A stretch of 39,469 bases of DNA, from contig JBCCKJ010000001.1 in the NCBI GenBank assembly GCA_039027455.1, forward strand, positions 1 to 39,469, in the 5' to 3' direction. Positions 1 through 9,473 of this stretch are shown here, piece by piece (position 1 is the first letter of the stretch; each line of letters starts with the position of its first letter). Origin of the DNA: Pseudomonadota bacterium. Lineage in GTDB: Bacteria; Pseudomonadota; Alphaproteobacteria; Sphingomonadales; Sphingomonadaceae. The position numbers were made by a program, and so were the translations under genes. The notes under the pieces were generated by a model. That model had not been told where the DNA came from, made no database searches, and was given only the letters and a program-made list of their open reading frames with translations.

Positions 1-465
1 CAGCGCGTCAAGCAGCTCCTCGCGCGGCGCAAGCCGTTGCTCAGCGAGTCCCTGCCGCTCAAGACCTTGGATCATGTAGATGTCGGTGGGGAAATTGCCG
101 GGTTCGGACAGGATCACCTTTCGCCCGGGGCGCATTTCCAAAGCGGCCGCGATCAGTTTGAACAGGTTGGCGCTCACAGTGTCGCAAGCGATCACTTCGT
201 GGGGCTGCGCACCGATGAGCGGGGCGATCTTGGCGCCCACGCGACTGCCCATCTCGAACCACCCAGCCTCGTTCCAGGATCGGATGAGGCCCTCGCCCCA
301 CTCCTCTTCGATCGCGCGGCTCATCGCGGCCGGGGTCGCTCGGGGCAAGCACCCTAAGGAGTTGCCGTCCAGATAGATGACGCCTTCGGGCAGGTGGAAT
401 TCGTCCCGGAACCGCCCAAGCGGATCGGCGGCGTCAAACTCGCGAGCCTTCGCCAAAGTCGTCAT
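1..465 (-). CDS. kynU: Kynureninase (5' part; runs off the window start)
   Basis: Manual translation from ATG at 465: MTTLAKAREFDAADPLGRFRDEFHLPEGVIYLDGNSLG, the kynureninase N-terminal YLDGNSLG motif; ATGA overlap with the kynB stop; not in the ORF track because it is truncated. Confidence 0.93.
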   Translation of the reverse strand, partial: MTTLAKAREFDAADPLGRFRDEFHLPEGVIYLDGNSLGCLPRATPAAMSRAIEEEWGEGLIRSWNEAGWFEMGSRVGAKIAPLIGAQPHEVIACDTVSANLFKLIAAALEMRPGRKVILSEPGNFPTDIYMIQGLERQGLAEQRLAPREELLDAL

Positions 466-1100
466 GAGAGCTCTCTCAGGATGGCTCGGACAGGCGACGC
501 GTCCCCGCTCACAATCGGGAGAGGCAGCGCGATCAATTCGTAGCGGCCCTCCGGCACGTCATCGAGCACCAAGCCTTCGAGGACGCGGATATCGTGTTTG
601 AGGACCGCATTATGCGCCAGCATCTCCTTGGAATCCTGCGGGTCAATGGAAGGTGTGTCGATCCCGACCAGCTTCACCCCCTGCACGGCGAGCCACTCGA
701 TGGTTTCGGGTGCAATCGCCGTGGTGTCTGGCTTCCATTCGTCGTGCGAAAATCGCTCGAACGTGCGAAAGAGGACGCGGTCCGCGCTGTGCAGATGCGG
801 CAAATCGCCGACTTCAATCGCTGCCCCGGAACGCCGGGCGTCGACCACCAAGCATTCCCCTAGATACGCGTCGAGATCGACCGACGCGATGTCCGGCGCG
901 CCTTGGCTGTAATGAAGGGGCGCGTCCGCGTGCGCCCCGGTGTGGGTGGACATCGTTACCGCCGACACGTTGACCGGCGATCCCGCTTCCATCTGCCAGG
1001 TGCGCGCGTGTTGAAACGCGGTGTCGCCCGGCCACACGGGCAGATCGACAGTCAGGGGCTGCGAGATATCCCAAATGCGGCGTTTTGGAGCGCCGCTCAT
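462..1100 (-). CDS. kynB: Arylformamidase (kynurenine formamidase)
   Basis: Cyclase-family HTGAHADAPLH metal motif, GIDTPSIDP, ASPVRA; lies between kynA and kynU. Confidence 0.95.
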   Translation of the reverse strand: MSGAPKRRIWDISQPLTVDLPVWPGDTAFQHARTWQMEAGSPVNVSAVTMSTHTGAHADAPLHYSQGAPDIASVDLDAYLGECLVVDARRSGAAIEVGDLPHLHSADRVLFRTFERFSHDEWKPDTTAIAPETIEWLAVQGVKLVGIDTPSIDPQDSKEMLAHNAVLKHDIRVLEGLVLDDVPEGRYELIALPLPIVSGDASPVRAILRELS

Positions 1101-1888
1101 ATCGCCGTCCTCACGCTCAGGAGCTCGGGGAAGAACGCCTGCTTCAACACGCCTTCGAGATACGGCACGCCCGGCGTACCGCCCGTCCCGCGTTTGAAGC
1201 CGATGATGCGTTCGACGGTCTTCAAATGGCCAAACCGCCAGCGTTGAAAATGGTACTCAAGGTCAACCAGTTTTTCCGCCAGCTCATACAAGTCCCAATA
1301 CGATTCCGGGCTACGATAAATCCGCGCCCAAGCCTCTTCGACGCCCTTATCTGGTTTATAAGGCGCGCTAAGGTCGCGCTCTGTCACCTTAGGGTCGATT
1401 TCAAATCCGCGCCGAACAAGCAGCGCAATCGCTGCGTCGTAAAGGCTGGCGCGCGCCATTTCGCCGCGCAATCGCGGCGCCCAATCGCCTGTTCTTTCGT
1501 GCAGTTTTACATGCTTTGCCTCGCGCCCACCCAGCATGAATTCCATCATGCGATACTGGGGTGATTGAAAGCCGGAAGACGCGCCCAGATGCGGCCGGAT
1601 CGCCGAATAATCGTGCGGCGTCATTGTGCTCAAAACGTCCCAGCTTTGGATCAACTGGGTCTGCGCGCGAGCCACACGCGCCAGCATCTTGAAGGCGGGT
1701 CGCAAGTCGTCGGCTTCGATGGCTTCACGCGCACTGGTTAGCTCGTGCAAACAGAGCTTTAGCCACAATTCACTCGCTTGATGAACGATGATGAAAAGCA
1801 TCTCGTCATGCGCGCCGGACGCGGGATGCTGCGCCTCCAGAATGCGGTCCAGATCAAGATAGCTGGTGTAGGTGACGGTGTCGGCCAT
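1097..1888 (-). CDS. kynA: Tryptophan 2,3-dioxygenase
   Basis: HDEMLFIIVHQASELW, SSGFQS, VERIIGFKRGTGGT motifs. Confidence 0.97.
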   Translation of the reverse strand: MADTVTYTSYLDLDRILEAQHPASGAHDEMLFIIVHQASELWLKLCLHELTSAREAIEADDLRPAFKMLARVARAQTQLIQSWDVLSTMTPHDYSAIRPHLGASSGFQSPQYRMMEFMLGGREAKHVKLHERTGDWAPRLRGEMARASLYDAAIALLVRRGFEIDPKVTERDLSAPYKPDKGVEEAWARIYRSPESYWDLYELAEKLVDLEYHFQRWRFGHLKTVERIIGFKRGTGGTPGVPYLEGVLKQAFFPELLSVRTAI

Positions 1889-1926
1889 GGTCCGCCAGAC
1901 CTAACGCGTAGCGCACATGGCGCAAG

Positions 1927-2376
1927 TCAGCCGTCAATAACGCGGGTTTCAGGATAACGCTTGTCGAGGTGCTTTTTGATGATCCGTAAATTTCGCGTGT
2001 TGGAACGGAACATAAGGTCCGCAGCATCGCCAACCAAAGGTATAAAACCAAGCATTGTGTCAAAAGCCACGTTGGCGCCCATACGGGTCAGCGACCATTT
2101 GGAAAGGCCCAAATTGCGCGCTTCCCAAACGATGTAAGCGCCCAATGCACCCGTGATGATATCGCCGACGACCGGCACCATTCCAATCAGCGCGTCCAAA
2201 CCAACCGGTAGGTTTACGCCTGGAATACGAAAGCTGCGTTCGAGCAAAAATTCCACGGCCTCAACGCGCGCCCGAATAGAGGCGGGGTCCGTTCCTGTAG
2301 GCAGCGAGATGCCTATCGGCTGCGGGCGATTTGCCGACCAATCGCGCGGCTTTGCGTCCCAGTCTTCGGTCGTCAT
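1927..2376 (-). CDS. DUF4112-like membrane protein
   Basis: FRIPG...GLDALIGMVPVVGD and GFIPLVGDAAD repeats typical of DUF4112. Confidence 0.8.
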   Translation of the reverse strand: MTTEDWDAKPRDWSANRPQPIGISLPTGTDPASIRARVEAVEFLLERSFRIPGVNLPVGLDALIGMVPVVGDIITGALGAYIVWEARNLGLSKWSLTRMGANVAFDTMLGFIPLVGDAADLMFRSNTRNLRIIKKHLDKRYPETRVIDG

Positions 2377-2394
2377 AAGCGTTTCCTCTAGCGC

Positions 2395-3876
2395 CTATGT
2401 GGTGGGCTCGGAGAGGGGGAACAAGGGGTGAAGCCCCCAATCGTTGGGCGCGTAGTTAGCGATCGAGCCTCGAACAAGCGACCACCGCACCGGGGCCCCT
2501 AGAGGGATAAACACCTCCTCATCCACCAGTTCGGAATGGGCTTCGGAGAGCAACCGCTGCTTTTCTTCGACGTCTGCGACAAAAAGCGACGCGCGCACGG
2601 CTTGGTCAACGGCTTCGGAACACAGGCCGATTTCCAGTTCGCAGTTGAATTGGTTGAGATACCAGCGTGGGCTTGAATAGCGCGCCAAGCGATCGCGCCA
2701 TTCCAATTCCGCTCCCGCGCCCGGTCGCACTTGAATAGCTCTAATCCCGATAGCGGCCCAAGCGTCAGAAAGCCCCTGAAACAGAAGATCACTTCCCGGC
2801 CCCGGTGGGAGACCGACCCGCAGGACAGTCTCGTTCTCTCCGGCTTCGCTTTGCCAACTTGAAATACGCGACCGCGCGGTTTCGCGGCGCTGTTCAAGTG
2901 TTAGATCGTCCCAGCGCGATTGGCCCAGCTCGTTGGTCCCCAGCAAAGAGGTGGGCACAACCCAAGTGGTCGGCTGCCAGCCGCCCAAACCAAAAGGCGC
3001 GATCAACGCGGCCCGATCGATCGCCATGGAAAGAGCTTCCCTGCGCGCTGGATCGGCGAGAACACCGCTATCGTTGCGAAACACCAGACCCATAAGACCG
3101 CGCGCCGGATCGACCAGAATATTACCGCGAGACAGCGGTCCTAACTGTATCTCTGGGAACGACGCAAGATCGCCGTTTAGCAAGAGATCGACCTCGCCTT
3201 GGGCAAACGCCTCGATAGCAATCGCCGAAGGCGCGGCGCGAACCGAGAGTGGCCGACTCGTTTCTTCCCAATCTTCCCGCCGAGGCAGTCCGCGTTCTTG
3301 CGGGGGAAGCGCGCTCAGGCGTGCGATAGGCTGATCCTCGTCGCGCGAAACGCTCATCGGACCAGCGCCATCCCCGCCTTTGGCCAATCCAAGTTCAGGC
3401 TGCGCAAGCAGGCGTAAGAAATCTGGCATGGGGCTCGAAAGCCGCAATTCGACGACTTTCTCCGTCATCGCGCGGACATCGGTTATCTTAGCCAGATCGA
3501 GACCAAGGGAAGTGCCCTCGAGGTCTCTCAAAAGCTGCCGCATATCCGCGCGTACATCTTGAGCGGTTATGGGCTCGCCATCCGGCCAATTACGCTCCCG
3601 TAACCGGAAAATGTAACTCTGCCCGTCATCGGTTACGATCCATCGCTCGGCGAGCGCCGGAACCACCTGTCCCGAGGCATTGAGCCCAACCAGCCCTTCG
3701 ATGGACGCCGCACGTACGTGTTGGGCGCCGGGTGACAATCGCACGCCGCTCTCAAACAGACTGGATGGATTGCCAATGACGGCGACTTCAATGGGGCCGT
3801 CCGTTCCAAACGGCGAACAAGCCGAAAGAGCCGAAACGCCAAACAGACAAAAAGTGAAGCTCAATCGCCGTGCCAT
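2395..3876 (-). CDS. ABC transporter substrate-binding lipoprotein, family 5 (peptide/nickel type), no adjacent permease
   Basis: Lipobox LSAC; VPALAERWIVTDDGQSYIFRLR..WPDGEPITAQDV is the SBP_bac_5 signature; ATG at 3876 preferred over GTG at 3882. Confidence 0.85.
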   Translation of the reverse strand: MARRLSFTFCLFGVSALSACSPFGTDGPIEVAVIGNPSSLFESGVRLSPGAQHVRAASIEGLVGLNASGQVVPALAERWIVTDDGQSYIFRLRERNWPDGEPITAQDVRADMRQLLRDLEGTSLGLDLAKITDVRAMTEKVVELRLSSPMPDFLRLLAQPELGLAKGGDGAGPMSVSRDEDQPIARLSALPPQERGLPRREDWEETSRPLSVRAAPSAIAIEAFAQGEVDLLLNGDLASFPEIQLGPLSRGNILVDPARGLMGLVFRNDSGVLADPARREALSMAIDRAALIAPFGLGGWQPTTWVVPTSLLGTNELGQSRWDDLTLEQRRETARSRISSWQSEAGENETVLRVGLPPGPGSDLLFQGLSDAWAAIGIRAIQVRPGAGAELEWRDRLARYSSPRWYLNQFNCELEIGLCSEAVDQAVRASLFVADVEEKQRLLSEAHSELVDEEVFIPLGAPVRWSLVRGSIANYAPNDWGLHPLFPLSEPTT

Positions 3877-3959
3877 CGCCACTTAGGCCTAGCAGAGCGA
3901 GGCGGGATCGTCAGCGAGAGATCGCAGGAAATCGACGACAGTCGATCGCCTGTTACGTA

Positions 3960-4337
3960 TCAGACCTTGCGGAGCGCAGCGGGATCGGGAGGCGTCGGAG
4001 CACGGTGCTGCCACGATCTTTCGATGGTGGTCGCAGGGCTATTCTGCGCAGGGCGGTCCGAATGACGGGCTTCCTGAGAATCGATTTCTTGATCGAACGC
4101 GATCCCAAAGCGTTGATCCTGAACCCAGGCGACGCTTCCGCCCACGCGACCTATGTTGCGGAGTTCGATTTCCAAGCGGTTTCCGCGCTGCACTTTCAGA
4201 TTGCCTTCGGCCATCATGCCGCCATCCGAAAGGTTTCGCACTCGCACGCGAAACAAGTCTGCGTCGTTCTCAACTCGAACGTTTGCGAGGAGGAAAAGGC
4301 TGTCGCGTGATACGCTGCGTGTTTCGGCCCCCGTCAT
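3960..4337 (-). CDS. PilZ-domain protein (putative c-di-GMP receptor)
   Basis: RSVSR (RxxxR) and NLSDGG (D/NxSxxG) motifs, WV...FGIAF. Confidence 0.85.
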   Translation of the reverse strand: MTGAETRSVSRDSLFLLANVRVENDADLFRVRVRNLSDGGMMAEGNLKVQRGNRLEIELRNIGRVGGSVAWVQDQRFGIAFDQEIDSQEARHSDRPAQNSPATTIERSWQHRAPTPPDPAALRKV

Positions 4338-4438
4338 TTTAGCGTGTACTCCTGCTTATCCCTTTTCGGGATTTTCGTTGGCTCCACGGACCATTTAGGC
4401 CTCTGAGCCGCGCCCACCCCTGGCGCTAGGTGATGAGG

Positions 4439-4454
4439 GTAAACGCTCTCTTAA
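4439..4454 (-). promoter_or_regulatory. Putative CtrA binding site upstream of the PilZ gene
   Basis: Minus strand TTAA-GAGAGCG-TTTAC, one mismatch to TTAA-N7-TTAAC, about 100 bp upstream of the PilZ start. Confidence 0.5.
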
Positions 4455-4563
4455 TATGGAGGTGTAGCCAAGCCGCATTGTTATGCACGTCCCAAACTGG
4501 AACGTTCTGGGACGCAATGCCTTATCTGTCGGAAAACGCGTCGCAATTGCGCGAATTTTCGCT

Positions 4564-5022
4564 TTATTCGTCCCGGCTGATTTTCTCGCGACGCTCGTGC
4601 GCTTCTTGCGCTTCGACCGTCATTGTGGCGACAGGACGTGCGATCAAACGCTTTAGGCCAATGGGATCGCCGGTCATCTCACAATACCCGTACTCGCCTT
4701 CGTCAATGCGGCGGAGCGCGGAATCAATTTTCGAGATAAGCTTACGTTGGCGATCTCGGGTGCGCAGCTCGATGCCCCAGTCCGTTTCGCTGGACGCGCG
4801 ATCGTTCAAGTCGGCTTCGCGGATCGGCCCGTCCTGAAGCGCCTGCATCGTTTGGTCGGCTGCGGTGTGGATGGAACGCTTCCACTCAATCAACAGCATG
4901 CGAAAATACGCCTGCTGCGTTTCGTTCATATACTCTTCGTCATCGCTCGGAACATAATCCGGCGTGAGCATACTCTTGGCTTTTTCAAGAATGTCGATTT
5001 CGTCAGCCGCAGACGTCGCCAT
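4564..5022 (-). CDS. dksA: RNA polymerase-binding protein DksA
   Basis: EYMNE.Q, DLNDRASSE coiled-coil tip, RDRQRKLISKI, YGYCE.TGDPIG..RL.ARP; ATG at 5022. Confidence 0.96.
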   Translation of the reverse strand: MATSAADEIDILEKAKSMLTPDYVPSDDEEYMNETQQAYFRMLLIEWKRSIHTAADQTMQALQDGPIREADLNDRASSETDWGIELRTRDRQRKLISKIDSALRRIDEGEYGYCEMTGDPIGLKRLIARPVATMTVEAQEAHERREKISRDE

Positions 5023-5126
5023 TGGGCCCTCTTGTAACAATCATCATTCGCCTGACAGTCCCGTCCTTGCGCCTGAGTGTTCTCATTGGCCCACTTGCCC
5101 CCCAGCAAGTCGTGCGCTCGGCTGGG

Positions 5127-5155
5127 CCTATAGGCACGGGCGCGAAGGCCCGCAA
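5127..5155 (-). promoter_or_regulatory. Putative sigma70 promoter of dksA
   Basis: Minus strand TTGCGG-N17-TATAGG, matching the alphaproteobacterial CTTG...CTATA pattern. Confidence 0.45.
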
Positions 5156-5236
5156 GCCGCTTTACATCTCGAAGCGCTTTAAAGAGCATAATTCTCAATG
5201 GAACGGCCTAGCTGCCGCCATCAATCCTCCGCCTCG

Positions 5237-5251
5237 TTAACCAATTGTTAG
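5237..5251 (+). promoter_or_regulatory. Putative CtrA binding site upstream of the Sel1-repeat gene
   Basis: TTAA-CCAATTG-TTAG (TTAA-N7-TTAA with one mismatch; includes the TTAACC half site) in a GC-rich context. Confidence 0.55.
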
Positions 5252-5339
5252 CCATGATCCGCAAAACCTTGGGTCAAGCGATCAGCAGACTGGGTTTGCG
5301 TCGCTCGACGAATTGGAAATGCAAACGGGGGAATGCAAC

Positions 5340-5669
5340 GTGCAACTCAAAGCGGTAGAAATCGAGACCAGCCAATCCACAGATAACAAGGCAGCGGACA
5401 TGCTTGTCGCGCGCGCTTTGGCGGCGGCGGCGCAAGGTGATGTCGGGGCGTTCTTTGATTTAGGCGTGGTCTATTCAACCGGCAGCCATGGCGTCGCGAG
5501 CGATCTGATTGAAGCGCACAAATGGTTCAATATTGCAGCGGCGCGCGGTCACGAAGAAGCATCCTTCTGCCGCGCCGATGTCTCGGATGAAATGACCGCT
5601 CGTGAAATTGCCGAAGCTCAACGCCGGGCGCGTCAATGGCTTGCGGGTGAACGTCGCCGAGCGGCTTAG
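5340..5669 (+). CDS. Small Sel1-repeat protein
   Basis: FDLGVVYSTGSHGV..DLIEAHKWFNIAAARG is one Sel1 repeat, followed by MTAREIAEAQRRA; GTG at 5340 follows a G-rich RBS; the ORF is open from 5313. Confidence 0.82.
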   Translation: MQLKAVEIETSQSTDNKAADMLVARALAAAAQGDVGAFFDLGVVYSTGSHGVASDLIEAHKWFNIAAARGHEEASFCRADVSDEMTAREIAEAQRRARQWLAGERRRAA

Positions 5670-5679
5670 CCAACGGCTT

Positions 5680-6813
5680 TCAGTCGCCCTTCTTGAACGG
5701 CGTGCGCGCATCCAGAAACACCTGGTCGGTCGCGACGCCTTCCCGCTCTCGCTCAAGGAAGTCAGACACCGCCGCGCGAAAGCCCGGATCCGCCAGCCAG
5801 TGCGCTGACCAGGTTTTAACGGGCTCATAGCCGCGCGCGAGTTTGTGCCCACCTTGGGCGCCCGCCTCGACACGATCCAAACCAAGCTCAATCGCCAGAT
5901 CTATGGCTTGGTAATAGCACAGCTCAAAGTGAAGGAAGCGGACGTCGCGCGCGCAACCCCAATAGCGACCATACAGCGCGTCTTGACCTATGAAGTTAAG
6001 CGCTCCAGCAATCGGCGTGTCGTCGTCAAAGGCGAGGATCAGGACCAATCGTTCCCTCATCCTTTCGCCAAGCAGCGTAAACGCCTCGCGGGTCAGATAA
6101 GGCGTCCCCCATTTGCGCGCGCCCGTGTCCTGATAGAAGATCCAGAACGCATCCCAATGCTCAGGCCGAATGCTCTCTCCTGAAAGCTTTTCGATCCGCA
6201 ATCCCGCTTGCGCGGCTTCGCGCTCTTTGCGCAGGTTCTTGCGCTTACGGGAGGCAAGATCGTCCAGAAAGCCTTGGAATGTGTCGTAGTCTCGGTTGAG
6301 CCAGTGAAACTGCAGATCGGAACGCATCAACCAATCGCCAGCTTCAAAGAGCGAGATTTGATCAGGTTCGACAAAAGTCGCGTGCGCGCTCGACAGATTG
6401 TTCTGCAGGCAGACCGCTTCCGCTCCTTTGAGAAGATGCGGGGCTAGCGAAGGGTCTGATAGCAGCAGACGCGGGCCGTTCGCGGGCGTAAAGGGCGCGG
6501 CGATCTGAAGCTTTGGATAATAGCGCCCACCGGCCCGATGAAGCGCATCGGCCCAGCTGTGATCGAACACGTATTCGCCTTGACTGTGCCCCTTGGCGTA
6601 ACTGGGCATGGCGGCGAGAAGCTTTTCGTTTTCGTCCTCAATCGCGATGGGGATCGGGTCCCACCCCGTACCCTCGCCTACACTCCCGGAATCCTCGAGC
6701 GCGGTCAGGAATTCGTGGGAGACGAAGGGATTGCGATCGCCCCCCAGCGCATTCCACTCAGCGGCCTTGAAGCTGCCGACCGATGGCCGAAGGCGGACGG
6801 TTAATTCGCTCAC
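5680..6813 (-). CDS. GNAT/FemAB-like N-acetyltransferase (DUF482 type)
   Basis: HSQGEYVFDHSWADA, YYPKLQ..PFTP, LYGRYWG, LHFELCYYQAI, EAGAQGGHKLARGY. Confidence 0.9.
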   Translation of the reverse strand: MSELTVRLRPSVGSFKAAEWNALGGDRNPFVSHEFLTALEDSGSVGEGTGWDPIPIAIEDENEKLLAAMPSYAKGHSQGEYVFDHSWADALHRAGGRYYPKLQIAAPFTPANGPRLLLSDPSLAPHLLKGAEAVCLQNNLSSAHATFVEPDQISLFEAGDWLMRSDLQFHWLNRDYDTFQGFLDDLASRKRKNLRKEREAAQAGLRIEKLSGESIRPEHWDAFWIFYQDTGARKWGTPYLTREAFTLLGERMRERLVLILAFDDDTPIAGALNFIGQDALYGRYWGCARDVRFLHFELCYYQAIDLAIELGLDRVEAGAQGGHKLARGYEPVKTWSAHWLADPGFRAAVSDFLEREREGVATDQVFLDARTPFKKGD

Positions 6814-7535
6814 GCCAGCGCCTCGCCTTCAGCGATCAGCGTGTCCGCCAAAACGGAAGCGGCTTTCCAGTCTTGCTTGGTGCGGATCGTCCAACTCAAA
6901 AGCGGTCTGCTGGCCGCGCGCCACTCGCTGGCTTCAGGCCTATCAATGTCTCGCCGATCGATTGCCAAAAAGTCAGGCTGAGCAAGGTCTAGACTGTCTG
7001 GATCGCGCCACACATGTTCAAAACCATTCATCAGGCTATCGGTGCCCACGAGACCTCGGCATATCTCGGGAAAGCTTTTGGCCAGCCATTGCGGCACGCG
7101 CGGATCGAAGCTCATCACCGCCGCCGGGCCGTTATAGCGCTCCAAAAGTTGAGCCACGCTAAGTGCGGTACTCTCGACATCGTAGTCGGGTTGCGACTTG
7201 ATCTCGATGAGGAGGGGCACGCGCCCCTCAAGCGCTTCGAGAAAGCGCTGAAGCCGCAACGGCGTTTGGGACGTCCCGACCAGGCTCAAACCTTCCAATT
7301 CGTCTGCGAGATAATCCTCGGTCTCACCCGTCCCGTTCGTAAGCCGATCAAGCTTCCAATCATGAAAGACCATCGGGTGATCGTCTCGGCTGCGCTGAAT
7401 ATCGCATTCGATGCCCAACCCTCGCTCGATCGCGGCGAGCGCAGCTGCCTTGGAATTCTCCGGAACACCCGGCGCATGCAGCCCCCGATGCGCGTATGTC
7501 GTGCGGGTTAGCCAATCGGGCGGCGTGCTTCCCAA
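6810..7535 (-). CDS. Glycerophosphodiester phosphodiesterase family protein
   Basis: AHRGLH...PENS, IECD, VFHD..LDR, IEIK, SWT motifs. Confidence 0.9.
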   Translation of the reverse strand: MGSTPPDWLTRTTYAHRGLHAPGVPENSKAAALAAIERGLGIECDIQRSRDDHPMVFHDWKLDRLTNGTGETEDYLADELEGLSLVGTSQTPLRLQRFLEALEGRVPLLIEIKSQPDYDVESTALSVAQLLERYNGPAAVMSFDPRVPQWLAKSFPEICRGLVGTDSLMNGFEHVWRDPDSLDLAQPDFLAIDRRDIDRPEASEWRAASRPLLSWTIRTKQDWKAASVLADTLIAEGEALA

Positions 7536-7545
7536 ACCGAGGGCC

Positions 7546-8004
7546 TCAGTCGCCTGAAATCGCGATCACCGCGTCCACCTCCACCGCTGCGCCGAGCGGG
7601 AGGACCGGCACGCCCACCGCAGCGCGGGCATGTCGACCTTTCTCGCCAAAGACGTCGAACATCAGGTCCGATGCGCCGTTAGCGACCTTGGGCTGATCGG
7701 TGAAGTCGGGCGTGGAACTCACGAAAGCGCCCAGCTTCACGACGCACTCCACACGCTCCAGCAATCCTGCCGCCTTCAATTGAGCAAGGATCATCAGCCC
7801 GCAGGCGCGCGCGGCCTCGACGCCCCCATTTACATCGACGCTTTCGCCAAGACGGCCCGTCTTCAGGTTGCCTTCGATAAAAGGCAGCTGCCCCGAGATA
7901 TAAGCCAATCCGCCCTGCACAACGACGGGCCTATAGCTCGCCACAGGGCTGGCGGCTTCAGGCAATGAGATGCCCAGTTCCTGCAAACGCGCTTCGATTG
8001 TCAT
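7546..8004 (-). CDS. RidA/YjgF family protein
   Basis: ISGQLP, ANGASDL, GRHARAAVGV..LPLGAAVEVD; likely start MTIEARL at 8004, overlapping the upstream stop (ATGA). Confidence 0.92.
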   Translation of the reverse strand: MTIEARLQELGISLPEAASPVASYRPVVVQGGLAYISGQLPFIEGNLKTGRLGESVDVNGGVEAARACGLMILAQLKAAGLLERVECVVKLGAFVSSTPDFTDQPKVANGASDLMFDVFGEKGRHARAAVGVPVLPLGAAVEVDAVIAISGD

Positions 8005-8633
8005 GCCGCTTCCTTTTCCATGCGTTCCACCAACCACGGCAAAGCGTCCCCCCAACGATCTATCCGAGCGTGGGCGAACCCTTCGCTGTGCGCGCAGGTA
8101 ATCTCGCCCGCGATCATCGGCTCCCCGCACATATGCAGGCGTATAACATCGGGCGCGATGTCTTTGACCGACTGGTGATGCTGCGCAAGATCATCGATAA
8201 AGAAAGTCCGCCGGTCCACGCCCAGCTCTTCCCGAATGGCTTGCAGAGCCGGACCTTTTGGCCCTTGATTCGTGTAAACCTGGGCGTGAATACCGACAGA
8301 CGCCAATTGCTCGGCGCGCTTTTCGCGGCGCTCATCGACGAGGTTTGTCAGCACAACAATATCAGCGTGCTCGCCAAGCGCGTTGATCGCCTCGACCGCG
8401 CCCTCAATCGGTGTTTGCGTATCCATCTCTGTGTCAAAGAAGCCACCGAGCATTTTCCAAATGTCCTTCGGCTCCAGCAGCTCTCCGGTCTTCTGCCAGC
8501 GCAACGCTTCAGCAAAATTGTGCCCCTCGAGATTGAAATCGACACCTTGGCTGGTCTCGAGCCAGACCTTGAAAGGAGCCACCATATGCAGCAGCACTTC
8601 ATCGCAATCGCTGATGATCAGTGGGCGTTTCAT
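8001..8633 (-). CDS. HAD-superfamily hydrolase
   Basis: DCDEVL (DxD motif I), VVLTN, GPKG, FIDD. Confidence 0.85.
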   Translation of the reverse strand: MKRPLIISDCDEVLLHMVAPFKVWLETSQGVDFNLEGHNFAEALRWQKTGELLEPKDIWKMLGGFFDTEMDTQTPIEGAVEAINALGEHADIVVLTNLVDERREKRAEQLASVGIHAQVYTNQGPKGPALQAIREELGVDRRTFFIDDLAQHHQSVKDIAPDVIRLHMCGEPMIAGEITCAHSEGFAHARIDRWGDALPWLVERMEKEAA

Positions 8634-8929
8634 TCGGCAGAGCTCCTAGGGGCAAGATGTTGACGGGCCGCGATAAGCTCTTCGGGCGTCACCGCAAGAG
8701 CCTCCGAAGCCCGGATCAGGTCGGGTTCGTAATTGGCGAGAAAATCGAGGCACGAGCCAAGCACAGCCGGGTTTCCCAAACCGCCACGAAGCGCGTCGGG
8801 ATCCAGTCCCGTCATATCCAGATAACGCTGCGCCCGGTCGTCGTCTTCCAGCGTCCATCCCAGTGCCGCCAAGGCGAGCGTTGCCGCGCGGGTCGAGCGG
8901 TCGTCGCCCTTGGTTAGATCATCTGGCAT
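8630..8929 (-). CDS. DUF3572 family protein
   Basis: ALAALGW...RYLDMTGLDP..LR...LDFL pattern; divergent from divK as in other alphaproteobacteria. Confidence 0.8.
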   Translation of the reverse strand: MPDDLTKGDDRSTRAATLALAALGWTLEDDDRAQRYLDMTGLDPDALRGGLGNPAVLGSCLDFLANYEPDLIRASEALAVTPEELIAARQHLAPRSSAE

Positions 8930-8992
8930 TGTGAACGTCTCTTGGGTCGGGTAAGTCAGTGAAGCAATTGGGGCGAAAACACGGGGCGCATC

Positions 8993-9364
8993 GTGACGAA
9001 ACGCATCATGGTTGTTGAGGATAACGACCTCAACCGCAAATTGTTCTGTGACGTTTTAAAGGCCAACGGGTTCGAGGCGTTGCCTGTGGCGGATGGCGGC
9101 CTTGTGCTCGACACTGCGCGCCAGCATTCGCCGGATTTGATCATCATGGATATCCAATTGCCTGGTGTTTCGGGCGTAGATCTAATCGAAGCGGCGAAGA
9201 GCGACGCCAAGCTTGAAGGGATACCCGTCCTGGCGGTGACGGCTTTCGCCGCCAAGGGCGATGAAGAACGCATCCGCGCCGCTGGCGCGTCGGGCTATCT
9301 GGCGAAGCCGGTGTCGATTACGCCGTTTATGAGCGCGGTGAACGGATTGCTGCCTTCCCGATAA
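8993..9364 (+). CDS. divK: Single-domain response regulator, DivK-like
   Basis: VEDNDLN.KLF, PDLIIMDIQLP, VTAFAAKGDEERIR, KPVS closely match Caulobacter DivK as I recall it. Confidence 0.8.
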   Translation: MTKRIMVVEDNDLNRKLFCDVLKANGFEALPVADGGLVLDTARQHSPDLIIMDIQLPGVSGVDLIEAAKSDAKLEGIPVLAVTAFAAKGDEERIRAAGASGYLAKPVSITPFMSAVNGLLPSR

Positions 9365-9473
9365 GGTCAGCCAGCGCTTGACAAGCGTGGCACTGAGCCG
9401 CTTTTCAGTGGTTTGCATATCTGAGCGCGCTAATTTCGTATAAAGGGCGCGTCCAAAAGAAAGAGCACCCGAC

